From assembly GCA_039621445.1 (NCBI GenBank), contig CP154954.1:47223847-47287846 (forward strand): 64,000 nt of DNA, given 5' to 3'. This document shows positions 38,901-50,832 of the stretch, piece by piece; the first letter of the stretch is position 1, and each line of letters begins with the position of its first letter. The DNA comes from Euglena gracilis. Lineage: Eukaryota. Below the pieces are notes generated by a model that ran no database searches, was not told the origin of the DNA, and was given only the letters and a program-made list of their open reading frames with translations. Both the position numbers and the translations under genes were made by a program.

Positions 38901-41900
38901 TGACTGATGGGCTGGGCCCAAAGGCAAAGAAGCAAATCCAGCTGAGAATTTCCGTAGGAGAAAAAATGCCCCGAAACACACCCCTCCCATGCCCTTTATT
39001 AACCCTTCACATTTCTGCCGGAAACGTCTGGGCCTTGGCTAGAGCCAGCGAGCTGCAACTTGGACCTGCACCTTTGTTTTCATTCATGAAAATAAGTCCA
39101 AAGGTGTTCCTCGTTGGTTGTTCTCATCAAAATCCAATACTTTGTTAAGCGTCATAGCGCAATCTGCTACACAATGGTGCGCATGGGAGATTTGCTGCAA
39201 GAGTGGGTGCTCCATTGGGAGGTTTGCAACTATGCGCTGAATCGTGTTAGTGGGGTGTACGGGGGTATCCCAACGTGGGGTGTACGGGGGGTGTCCCCTA
39301 GGTCTTCCGCATCATTGTCCATGGGTTGAACGGTACCTGCGTTTGCGGGCACCATGCAACGAATTTCTGGATGTCAGGGCAATGTGGGAAAGGACCCAGT
39401 ATCAGGTATTGCTGGCAACTGTCCGTAAGGACTTGGAGGGGGAGCGCAGGGGGGAACACCCTTCCCTCGGCTGGTGGAAAAAGACGCTGGTTTCCTGGAT
39501 TCCCCTGGGTGGGGGGGGGGGCAGTGTCCGTTTCACTCCCTCACAGTTTTAACATTTTTTTTGTTTTCCTGGATTTTTGTTTGCATTTGTGCAGTTTTTA
39601 TTTTATTATTTTTGAAAACCGATATTTCATGCTTGCACATTTTTTTCCGATTTTTATCAATTTTTCTGTCTTGGCTCCGTATTTGCATTTTTTTTTTTTA
39701 TGAAAAAAGGGTAACCCCCCCCCCCCCTCTGCGCAACGTGGGTCAACAATTGGGCGGGGCTAAACTGGTGAAGCAATCCAGAGAATTCTCGTAGGAAACA
39801 AATGCTTGCAAGCTTGGTTTGCTGGGGGTACCGGAGCTTGCTGTGAGGCATGAAAAATGTCCAAGGTTGTTGCATGGTTGTTCCCTTTTTGTGTGCACTG
39901 GACAGCGGGAGTTTCTGGGGTGATGTCAAGGCAGTCAGCAAAGCTGGGAGGTTTCCACATTGGGGGGGGGGGCACCATGTGTGGGGGGGCACTGCGATGG
40001 GGGGGGGCTGTTGCAACGCAGTGTCGGTGGTTTCACTGCACGATTTTTCGTAAGGAGTGTGCACTTGTTCCTTCATGTGCAGTTTTTTGAAACCGAATGC
40101 ACCTCATGTTTCATGTGCACTCATTTTTTCTTCGATTTTTATCAATTTTTTTCTCCGTATTTGCATTTTTTTGCATCTTTTCTTTCACATGCTTTTCAGG
40201 TCATCTCGAAAAAAAGAAAAAAGGGTCTAAATGTGGCGGAGTTGCAGCACAGATCCACATGCCTTCTTCATTCCTTCCCTCTGTTCGAATGGGAGGCGGT
40301 CTTATTACACATTTGATTCTCGTTGCAATTGGTGGGCTTTTGGCCACCTGAGGAAGAGTGCCTTGGGATCATTTGCTGCAAAGCCTCACGGTGGAGCTGG
40401 CGACCCAAGGGGACCTGAAGCTTTGTGAGCGGCCGGAGACATACACGCTGGCCCCCAAGGAGCAGGTCAACATGCGGGTCAACATCAAAGTTTCGTCGAC
40501 CGACACAGGTGTGATACGTATGAGGAACGTTTTAGAAACTCGAAAGAAAATTTTGCCCTTGACATTGGGGGGGGGGCATTCTAACTTGCCAGCGTTGTCT
40601 GAGGCACAGTTTGAAACACCTAATGGTAGAGGATGAAGGTTGGACGTCGTCCGCTTTTTGCAAGGCAAAGAGCAAATGGCAACCCAATGAGGTCACTCTC
40701 CATCTGCCCAAGGTGTGTTGTTTTTTTTCTTTTGGCGGCGCAACCTCAACGATGCGTGATTCTTGAAGTTAATACAGAGCTCAAATGAAAAAAGTCTTGG
40801 CCGACCCCACCCCCTCCCTCCGCCCCTTCTGGAGACATTTGGTCCATTGCCATGGCCAGGTTGTGGTTGACCAACACTGGGAATTTGAACCCCCCCCCCC
40901 TCCTGGTCAGGCACCCCTCCCCCAGGGGGATGAACCAAATTTTGGCTTCTTTTCTGGGCTTCTGGCGCCCTTTGGTGCTGAAGTGCCCACCATGTCTTCA
41001 ACCGCCGTTCCGGTGAAAGTTGTTTGTCCCGTCCAGTCTGGTGATGCGAATCCGGTGCGGCAGGGCACAATGCGACGGTTCAATCAAATTGCTGTTTCTG
41101 TTTCTGTTTGCCCAAGGGATTTTGACACACACACACAAGCAAGAGTCTTCCGCTGTCCCAGGAATCATCTTCGGCAACATTGTGTACGACGGCCCCGGTG
41201 CAGCTGCGGAGAGGCAGTGCGTCATCCTCAACGACATCCACATCGACATCATGGATTACATCAGGTGTCTGTGATATTGTGGGATCGCACCAGGGGGCCC
41301 ATGGTGCCGTGCTGGGAATCGGTTTTGTGTGAGGGTTTGGCATACGAAGCAAACAGACCAGGCTTTTGCTTAAGGGGTTGCAGTACCCCCCGGGGGGGGG
41401 GGGGGCTGGACTGCAGCTAGTCCAAATTTGGCTAGTGGGTTTTCTAGCAGACCCCCCCTGGGGGGGTCTGCTAGCAGGGCTAGCTAGTGGAATTTTTTTT
41501 TCCAGTGACCGACGCGAAGTGCCGAAATTTTTTTTGTGATCCCCAAAAATGGCCAAAAATGCCCGGTTTTGGCCATTTTTGGGAATTTTTGGAACAAAAT
41601 CAGCCAAAAACCTGTTAAAACCCTCATTTTTCCAGTCCGGGGGACCCCCGGACCCCCCCCCCCCCCCCGGTCTAGCTAGTCCACGTTTTCCAGTGTCTAG
41701 CCGATTGGCTAGCCAGTTTCCCCCCCCCCCCGGGTCCTTAAGCAAAAGCCTGAAACAGACAGTGTGAAAGGAAAAAGGGTGAACGGGATTTCCTTGGTAC
41801 CCCCTCCCCCCTCTTTGTCGGATCCAGTTTAGTTTTGAAAAAAATGAAGGATACCCCCTGCAATCCTGTTGTGGAGTAAAACAACATTTGCTCTAAGGTG

Positions 41901-44900
41901 TGTTTTTTTTTGAGCTTTGCCAGTTTCACAAACAAGCGTACCAGAAACACTTTAGAGGACCGAAAGGATCACCACCTGACGGGATGCGACGCAACTGCTG
42001 GCTGGCTCCTTCTCCTCTGATGGAAAGGTGGCTCCGGAACAATTGACAGAAATTTTTTTTTGGTGTGAGGAGAGTTTCTCGTGGATCCCCCCTGATGGGT
42101 TGCTTCCCTAGCTTCGCAATTGTGCAGCCCGGCAACCTGTGCCCCGACTGCCTTCCGGTCGATGTGGGCTGAGTTCGAGTGGGAGAACAAGGTGGTGGTG
42201 AACACCGACATCAAGTCTTTGCGGGAATTCCTGGACCACATCATGCAGAACACAAATATGCGGTTTGCATGATGCTCTGCCCCAGGCCGTCCCAACGTGG
42301 GGGAATTTTTTCGTGTTTTGCACATTTTTAGTGCATTTTCCCCGCATTTTTTTTGCACATTTTTTGATTTTTTTCCGGCGCATTTTTGGGGCATTTTTTT
42401 GTGATTCCAGTTTTTCGCATTTTTTTTCCACCATTTTTGCAAATTCTTACCTCTGATTTTTGAAACTGATATTTTCCTCTTGATTCCATACAATTCTTGT
42501 AAATTTGGTACCCCTTTCGCATATTTTTTTGGGCATTTTTTTCCTATTTGTGATTTTTGCGCCTTTTCTCTCAAACTTTCGCATCCCCCCCCAACAATGC
42601 TCCTTTTTTGCTCATTTTTTTGTGCCTTTTTTCAAGGCCGGAGTAGCGCATTCCCCCCTGTCAACCTGAAGGGGATTCCATCCCAGTCCAGTCCAGCCAG
42701 CATCCTTTTCCCGCCAGCAGCCTTCTTCCAGCAGCCAAAGGGCGGCTGGACGGCAACAATTTTTCCGCTTTTGGAGGTGCAAAAAAATATGGGGCAAAAA
42801 TGGGCAAAGAATGGGAAAAGGGCTGTCCCGCTCAAATTTTGGGTCAAAGAATCAATGTGTTGCCCAATTTGCAGCTTTTTTTTGAAATCATTTCTGCAGT
42901 TTCAAGTTCCTGTTACCCGGTTCGACTCTGTGTCAAGCTAACTTCAGCTGGTGGAGTGGGGTGGTCAGCCAGCAACCATTTTTCCAGCCGACACTATACT
43001 CCAACTCTGAGGTGCCCCCTTGTCAGCTCTGCCAGAGGTGATATCAGGGGTTGGAGGAAAATGCAAGTTGCATAATTTGCATTTTTTGTGCAATCCTAAC
43101 TCCTGAAAACTTGATTTTTTTGCATAATTTGCTTTTTTGTGTATAATGAAAAAATTTGTGAAAAGTCGCATTTTTTTGCATTTTTTTTGCATATTTTGCC
43201 TTTGCGTTTTTTTGGGGGCATTTGTGCAGCACCTCAAGTTGCATGTAAATTTCTTTAGGAGCTCCCAGGGCTGTACGCTTTTCTGCTGGAGAGGACTTAG
43301 AAGAAATTCAACTGCCCCAAAATGCAACACCAAAGGAAAATGTGGTGCAAACTTGCAAAATGATGTGCTTGGTTCACCAAGTTGCATCCACTTATATTTA
43401 ATTGAACAACTACTGCTGGAAATGTGAAATTGGTCCAAAAACATTTTTTTTTGCATTTTTTTTGCATTGCATTTTTTGAGGAGCCTTGTGTCACATTCCC
43501 CCCTTGTGATGTACAAACATATGGGCATGAAAAATTAAAAAAAATCACGTGGAGAATGTGGAATACGCAGTTTTGGTTATTTTACATCTTCAAGTATTGT
43601 GTGTATTTTATTTTCCACCGTGTTCTATATTTCTATCGTCTTTTTTATATTTTTTTTTTGGATTTTGCATATTATTTTCTCAAATTGCAGCCCCCAAATG
43701 GACTCTGTTGTTTGAGTCCTCCAGATCCCGGTGCTCATTCGGCCCTTGCTCCAGGTTTCCCATCATTGTTACCTTCCATCCTGCTGGACCCTTGGAATCG
43801 CTTTGGGCAGTGACAATGGGTTTGATGGAATTGTGGTTGCGCATGTGGATGTTTTTTTGTTTCCTCCCCCCTCCCTCCCCGATATGGAGTAAGTTCAATG
43901 CTTTGGGCTCAGGGCTGCATGGAAATCCCCAAATTGGGATTTCTGGGATTTTTGGGGGGGGTCGACTCCCCACCCCAATCCTGGTGGGTGGGGTCTGACG
44001 CCCCCCCCCCCCCACCAGGCTTTCTTGTGTTTTCTGGGGCACTGCTTTTTAGGCAGGAAATTGGACCTTGCTTGGGGACACAACAATAATCCAGAACAGG
44101 ATGTCCCAGAACAGGTCCCCCAGCTGGAACTTGGCCCGACCTGGGGTTGATCTGGGTACCAAAAAATCGAAACTCCAAAAAATGCCCAAAAACTGCCAAT
44201 TATGCAAAACATTTTTTGACCCAAAATTTGAGCTGGCCCAAATCTGACCCTTTTTTGGCCATTTTTGGCCCATTTTTGCACCTCCAAAAGCGAAAAATCT
44301 GTCACTGTCCAGGTGCCCTTCGGGCGGCTGCAAAGTAATTAAAACTTGTCTATGGGGGTCCGAGGCTGGAAAAGGCTGCTGGCTGCCCTCCCCCGGGGGG
44401 GGGGGGGAGGGGTTCATTTTGACTTAAGCGGCGACCTGACACAGCCCCCCAAAGCCCAGGCAGGGCTGCACAGGAAGGCCTGTACGGCATGTGCGGGAAG
44501 GCAGGGGTGGGGTCGACCCCCACCCAGGGCAGAACGGGAATCGGCCAAACAGCCAGGGTGGTGGGTGGGGGCTGACCACCCCCCCACCTCTTCCCGTTGT
44601 TCTGGTGGCACCATTTTTTTGGACCCCCAAATTTTTTCCCGCGCCTTCGGCGCCGGGCGTATTTTTGACGCATATAGGAGGTCCCCCCCAAAACCCCCCA
44701 AAACCCCATTTTCAAACCCCGTTTTTTTCACACACCTTCCAAAAATTCAACATTTCCTCAAGATTTTGATTTTGAGGTTTTCGAAGCAAAAATTGCTATT
44801 GAAAATCCAAAAAAGCCAAGGGAAAAAATTTCAGTTAAATTTGATTGTGCCAAATTTGGTCCAAATTTTTTGATTTCTTTTTTTTTCACCCCCCTCCTAA

Positions 44901-47900
44901 AGATTACCAATTTTCAAACCTGAAAATTTTGAGGTTTGTTTTGTGTTTTTTTTGTGTAATTTTCTATCAAAAAATCATGTATTTTGGGATCATTTTTCAA
45001 AAAAAATTTCAAAAATTCCCCCGGCAATCCCCCAATTTCCCAAAATTGGTGAAAATGCTGTGGTGGGTGGGGGGGGGTGGATCCCCCCAGGCCTTCCCGT
45101 TCTGCCCTGCCCCCACCTCATCCACCACAGCACCCCGCAAGGAAAAATTCCTTCAATGCCGAAGGAAAATTTTGGCCTGTTTCTTGTTGTGGTTTCTGGT
45201 TGATTCGCTGCTGGGGTGGGGTAACAGTCTGGCTGCCACAAGGGGCTCCCCGCCTCCTTTTCTGTGCAGGTCTCTCACGTCAGACAACTTCATCCAAGGA
45301 GATTGCGATTTCCTGTCGGCCAACCTCTACGCAAAGAGCTCTTTTGGGGAAGATGCCCTGGCCAATGTCAGGTGGGACCTTTTTGCCACACCCTCTGTGC
45401 CTTACCTTCCGTGTCCCCCCTCCAAGTATGGAACCCCAATGGTGGGAGGGCACCGAACCCAATCATTTTTGATGTGGATGAAAGTGTGTTGTTCGTGGAC
45501 TGCAAGACTGTATGTGGGTTCAGGCTGGCAGGTGGGACATTGCCAGGGGAAGACGACCCTGCCACAGTGCCATCCCTCATCCTTGATTGCTGTGGCACAG
45601 ACCGTTAAACAGTGCTGTGCAACCCTCTGGGTTTGAGGTGGGGGTAGGGGTTGTCCCCCCCCTCCCCCCGGGGTAAGGTGGCAGGGGGGTTCGGATTCCC
45701 CCCCTAGATGTTGGGAGGGAGCCTAGATCCCCACCCCCCGTCCTCGGCAGGTTCCAAAAATAGCAAAAATTTTCTTCCGGTGCTGCGCCGGAAAATGAGC
45801 AAAAAAAATGCCCCGTTTCCCTCATTTTAGAGCATATTGCACATGTTTTGTTGTTTTTGATGTTTCCACAAAAAAATTCTCAGTCGCAAGCGACTGGATC
45901 CCCAACCCCCCGCCCGGCCAGATTTATTCAACTGACAAGGGTTGGATCACTGGAGGATTAGCCACCCCCCCAGTTACGACTCTGCCATTTTGCGGGGTGA
46001 GATTTTTGGTCAAAAGAATTGATTTTTCAAAAATCTCGAGAAAATGTCCATTATGTCCAAAAGTGTCCGCCAAACGAAATGTACCCCCCGGAGACCGGCT
46101 AGCTAGTGGAAATTTTTTTTTCCAGTGACCGGCGCGAAGCGCCGAAAATTTTTTTTGCGACCCCCAAAAATGGCCAAAAATGCCCGTTTTTGGCCATTTT
46201 TGGGAATTTTTGGAACAAAATCAGCCAAAAACCAGTTAAAAACCTCGGGTCTACTAGAAAACCCACTGGCCAAATTTGGACTAGCTGCAGTCGAGCTCCC
46301 CCCCCCCCCGGGGGTACTGCAATCCCTTAAGCAAAAGCCTGCCCCAGGGAAAATTGGTTCTACGTTTCTCCACACTGAAGGGGGGGGGCACTGGCCTTCC
46401 TTGAAGGGTGCTGGCTGCAGGTGCCCCAAAATTGTATCTGGGCATTTTTGTGTCCCCACATTGCCTTGTTTGGGTCTCATTTTCCAGCCCCCCCCCCCCC
46501 CGGCAGGGATAGATGGGAAGCCTTGAGGGGGGGGGGTCAGACTCCCTCCCAACACGGGGGCGGTCGGATCAGGCTATGTATGGAGCTGAGCTCTTTACCT
46601 CTCTGATGGTGAAAAGCAACCTGGCCCGGCCCGGCCCGGCCGGCGGCCCAGCCCAGCCTGGCCCAGCAGGCAGCCTGGTGGCCCAGCCAGCGGCCCAGCG
46701 GCCCGGCCCAACCCGGCCGGTGGCCTGGCGCCTGGCCCTGCCCAGCTGGCAGCCCGGCGGCCCGGCCAGGCCCGGCGGCACGGAACGGGCGCGTAGCTGG
46801 CCCTGGAGTTATATGCGGGGTGATAGAGGGTCCTCAAAGATTTATTTAAGGTCTCCAGTTGTTTCTTTCTATATACCTCATCATTTTGGAGAAATTCTGA
46901 AGTTTTCGATTTTTTGATCCCAAAATGGCCCTAAAATCGTCAAAACGGCTGTATTTGTGACCTTGGGGGCCAAAACAGGGTTTTAGAGGGCCGCTGAGGC
47001 ATTATTTTAGGTCCCCAGTGGTTTCCTTTTGATTGGCCACCATTTTGGAAATATTTTGAAGTTTCGATTTTTTGACCCAGATGTGCGGAGCAAAACGCCC
47101 TTAAATTGACAATCACTTATGAAGAAATAAAAATGCGTAAAATAAAATAAAATACATAAATGACCATTAGATAGGGCGTTTCAAGAGCTTTATTTTAGGT
47201 CTCCAGACATTTCCTTTGATTTTGCTTCATTTCCGAGATATTTTGGAAACATCGTTTTTTGGACCTCAAAACAGCCCCAGAAATGGGCCAAAATGGGTCG
47301 AAAAATGGCCATAACTCGGGCCACACAAAGAAGTTGGGGGGAAAAAGTAACCCATGGTCGGATTGGGCATTCCAAGGGCTTCATTTTTGGTCTCCAGGAA
47401 ATTCCTTTGATTTTTGCTTCATTGTCCAGATATCTTGAAAAAATCGATTCTTCGACCAAAAAAACAGGGCAGGGCTGTTTTGGGCCGCAAAAGTGCGCCG
47501 GAACACAGTGTCGGCGGCCAAAACGGCGAATGGGGGGCTTTTTTACCCACTTGTACAACTTTGGCCGCTCTTGGCCACTTTTGGCCACTTTTGGCTACTT
47601 TGCCCAAATTCACTCACCTTTGGCCGCAAGCTCCCCTGATTTATTTGGCCAATCCAGCATCTGCATCCACCGCTAACCCATTTTTCCTCCGGCGCTGTGC
47701 GCCGGAGGAAAATTTTTTTTCCAGGACCCCCGGACCCCCCCCCCCCCCGGGGGGAGGCGGGGGTCTAGTTAGTCCACTTTTTCCAGTGTCTAGCCGATTG
47801 GCTAGCCAGTACCCCCCCCCCCCCCCCCGGGGGTCCTTAAGCAAAAGCCTGCCCCGGGGGCAGAGGGGTCCACTGAACAATGAAAGCCTGTTGGGGCCAG

Positions 47901-49297
47901 GGCATCATTGAATAAGAGTCCTGGAAACGACCCCATCGTGGTGGATGGGAATCTACCCCCTCTTCCCAGCTTGCAAAGGCGCTGATTTTTTCGGCCAGAA
48001 TTCTCTTTGCAAAAATGCCATTCGGTGGGTATCCCCAGGGTTTTTCACCGGTTCGTGCCACGAACAATCACGAACAATCACGAACCAGCACGAACTTGGG
48101 ACTTTGGCAAAATCACGAACAATCACGAACAATCACGAACAATCACGAACAATCACCAACCGGACTTTTTTTGTCACCCTTGCAGTAATGTCTTCTTCTG
48201 AGAACTTGGTGTCAGTTTGAAGAATGTCATTGCGTTTGTGTCTGACTCAGTAGCTGTGTTAAAGAAAGCTTATGAAGTAGTCCTCCACTGTGTCGAAAGC
48301 ACAATTCTGTGTTCTTTGGACTTGGGGGGGGGGCAATGGAATTTCGACCTCTGGGAACCGTCTTGTGTGTCGTCATGGAGATTTGTCCTCCATTTTTGTA
48401 TTTGCCATATTGTCAGCAAGATGTTTATTGGGGGTAGACAATTGCATGGTCTTGTCACCTCTGCCGGTGTGGAACGGCCGTTCAGCCTCGCCGGTTTCGT
48501 CGATGCCAAGAATCGTCAAAATATGGGGAAAACCAAAATTTAGCTCATGGTGGTTGCCAAAACAGCTGATTTTTCTTTGCTTTGCAGTGCATCTTTCAAA
48601 CCTCATTTGCTTTGCCCATTTACCTGAATATTTAGCTTAAAAGAGGCACAAGAAGCCAAAGTACAAGAGGAATCACCTATTTCGCCAAGGAAAACAGAAA
48701 ACCGGGCGGTTTTTTGGAAGCACGAACAATCACGAACAATCACGAACAATCACGAACAATCACGAACAATCACGAACCGTATTTCAGGCTTCCTAGCACG
48801 AACCGGTGGTAAACCCTGGTATCCCCATTTCTCCTCGGGGGGGGGGGGGGGCAAAAAGGTGCTGGGGACGAAGCAAAAAGCTGGGGAAAAAAGCAAACAA
48901 AAAAAGTGTGTTGTCCGATTAGGAAGGTCTCCATAGGACACAGAGAAATTGCAGAAATTTCTCTCTCTCTCTCTCTCTCTCTCATTGTCCCTCCCCCATC
49001 TGTCTGTGTGCATTTGTGTCGTTGCGTGCATGTGTGTGCATGTGTGTGCTTGCATCATCAGACAAATGGACACAGCAAACTGTGCCAGTTACCCAGTTTG
49101 TGTTCAGATTGCAAAAGTTGTTTGGCCTTGCCACTGCCTTGGATTTGTTGGCGAGGTGTATTTCCTCTCTTCTTCTCTGCCTCAGCATCGAACGCCACCC
49201 TGATGGACGCATCGAAGGGTTGGTGCGCATCCGGTCCAAGACCCAGGGGATTGCCTTGGGCCTTGGGGACAAGATCACTTTGAAGCAGCGAGGCTGA
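22632..49297 (+). CDS. COPB1: Coatomer subunit beta (beta-COP), C-terminal ~half; N-terminal ~400 aa not found in window
   Basis: Phase-consistent exons: 22632-22744, 24868-24969 ([11 protein letters not shown]), 25711-25776, 27128-27205, 27400-27491 (DGTYVT), 30668-30782 ([15 protein letters not shown]), 31403-31537 (IDNDSHERI), 35855-35996, 37354-~37398/37418, ~38012/38020-38075, 38207-38313 ([15 protein letters not shown]), 40371-40508 ([10 protein letters not shown]), 41162-41264 ([20 protein letters not shown]), 42128-42262 ([14 protein letters not shown]), 45270-45371 ([23 protein letters not shown]), 49186-49297 ([22 protein letters not shown]). These are diagnostic beta-COP motifs. 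Confidence 0.95.
24174..24251. repeat. (TATAC)n microsatellite
   Basis: Directly visible. Confidence 0.95.
27599..28066. mobile_element. hAT-type MITE nested in another MITE
   Basis: TIR cagggaatttcttaag/cttaagaaattccctg; 8-bp TSD CCCCCCAC. A related copy lies at ~25968-26722. Confidence 0.9.
31627..32218. mobile_element. hAT-type MITE (cagggcagaacgg family)
   Basis: TIR cagggcagaacggga/tcccgttctgccctg; 8-bp TSD CCCGGGGG. Confidence 0.9.
32258..32514. mobile_element. hAT-type MITE
   Basis: TIR caggcttctgct/agcacaagcctg; TSD ACCGGGAC/AACGGGAC (7/8). A partial copy lies near 24733-24830. Confidence 0.8.
32760..33011. mobile_element. hAT-type MITE
   Basis: TIR caggggttttttt/aaaaaaacccctg; 8-bp TSD CCCCGGGG. 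Same family as 49317-49994. Confidence 0.9.
38314..40370 (+). other. Nonconventional (non GT-AG) euglenid-type intron in COPB1
   Basis: Junctions C|ACCCAAGGCA...TGCCTTGGGATC|A. There is a 9-bp perfect terminal inverted repeat, and +4..6 CAA pairs with -8..-6 TTG. Removal gives [14 protein letters not shown], collinear with beta-COP. Confidence 0.85.
41359..41752. mobile_element. hAT-type MITE (ctagc-rich family)
   Basis: 17-bp TIR caggcttttgcttaagg/ccttaagcaaaagcctg; 8-bp TSD AAACAGAC. Partial copies near 1000-1419, 37620-37970, 46090-46341 and 47690-47851. Confidence 0.95.
44525..45109. mobile_element. hAT-type MITE (cagggcagaacgg family)
   Basis: Same TIR as 31627-32218; 8-bp TSD CCCCCACC. 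Confidence 0.9.
48036..48818 (+). mobile_element. Internally deleted hAT transposon with transposase C-terminal remnant
   Basis: TIR cagggtttttcaccggttcgtg/cacgaaccggtggtaaaccctg, subterminal (cacgaacaat)n arrays and a flanking direct repeat GTATCCC. ~48450-48530 encodes [24 protein letters not shown], the hAT dimerisation motif. Confidence 0.8.
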
Positions 49298-49316
49298 TCA
49301 GGTTTCTCACCCCTGC

Positions 49317-49994
49317 CAGGGGTTTTTTTAGTCGTGGACCCCCGGGGGGGGGGAGGGGGGGTAACCCCCCCCCCTAATAAGTGCGCAGTGCCCTAATTGT
49401 GTGCAGTGCCCTAATAAGTGCGCACCCCCCAAGGGTCCGAAACTACCTCCCTAAAAAGTGCGCACCCCCCCAAAGGAGAAATCATTGTCATATCTCAGGT
49501 CGGAAAGCACGCACAATTCTCAGAACTGTCCTTCTCAGACCAAACATTTCTATTGTCCAATCCCAAGTTTGACACATTTGACACATAATCACTTGACTCA
49601 TAGCTTGAAATCACAAAATTGGGGGAAAATTGAAAAAGAGTGGGGGAAATGTCAGTATTTTTGGCTTTGCCCTAAAAAGTGCGCACTGCCCCAATAAGTG
49701 CGCACCCCTTGGGGTCCGAAACTACGTCCTTAAAATGCGCGCACCCGTGCACTTATTGGGGGGGGTTAGGGTGGCTGGGTCCGGCCGAGCCCCCCCCCCC
49801 CCTGGGGGGTCCCCCCGGAGGGGGGTGGGATATACTTTTCGGCGCCAAAGGCGCCGAAAAAGTGCTATTTTTAGCACTTTTCGCGATTTTTCGGCCATTT
49901 TTTTTTTGTGGGTCCCCCAGGACCCCCCCCCCCCGGCCGGGGGGGCCAGGGGGTGGGTGGGTGGGGGGTCCCCCCGGTCTTAAAAAAACCCCTG
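49317..49994. mobile_element. hAT MITE 20 bp after the COPB1 stop, with a nested TA-flanked MITE (49364-49766)
   Basis: Outer TIR caggggttttttta with TSD ACCCCTGC. Inner TIR acccc..aataagtgc/gcacttattgggg..t with TA duplication. An empty-site homolog lies at 32760-33011. Confidence 0.9.
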
Positions 49995-50730
49995 ACCCCT
50001 GCTGTCTTGTTTGCCGGCAGCTCTGGGTTGCTCAACCCTGGGTAAAAGTCTTTTTTTTTGGTCTTTTGCAAAAAAATCTTAAGGGGTCGAGTTCTTTTTT
50101 GGATTTTGAAATTTTTGGCCAAAAAACAACTTTTTTGTGGTCCAAAAACGCAAAATCGCTCAAAACAAGCATAACTTTTTCGCAACAAAATAGAATTGTC
50201 TCAAAAAAAGCCAATTTTAGCACATGAAAAATGGTTTAAAATTGAAGAATTTTTAAAAAAGTGCACCCCTCCAGTCTATTTTTTATTTTTTTATTTTGCT
50301 GAAAATGGGCTGGGGGTCCATTTCTGGGGGGCTTACTTCTGAGGGGGGGGATAAAATATGCAAGTTGCTCATGCAATGTGCAATATGCAATATTGATATA
50401 TGAAATTTGCTTGATTTTATTTTGGCATATCCAGAACCTTGAAAATGAGCATTTTTTGCACATTTTTTTACACATTTTGTTTTTCCAATTTTTGCAAACT
50501 TTTTTCGGAGTTGCTTTTCTGCCAGTCTGGAAGTTGCGAACTGCATAGTGGAATAGAAGTGTGTGCAACTGGGCAAGCCATGCCGTTTTGCAAGTTTGCA
50601 CCGCGCTTTGTGGTGGGCATTTTTCCGTTGGGTTTTGTTTTTTGACGAAAAGTTTTGAAAAAGATGTCCAAGACACTGGTTGCCCATGTGTGTTTCCACC
50701 CCCCACCATTTTGCATCTGTTTTTGTGTTT

Positions 50731-50753
50731 TATATATATATATATACATATAT

Positions 50754-50828
<75 letters not shown>
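50731..50828. repeat. (TA)n microsatellite
   Basis: Directly visible. Confidence 0.95.
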
Positions 50829-50832
<4 letters not shown>

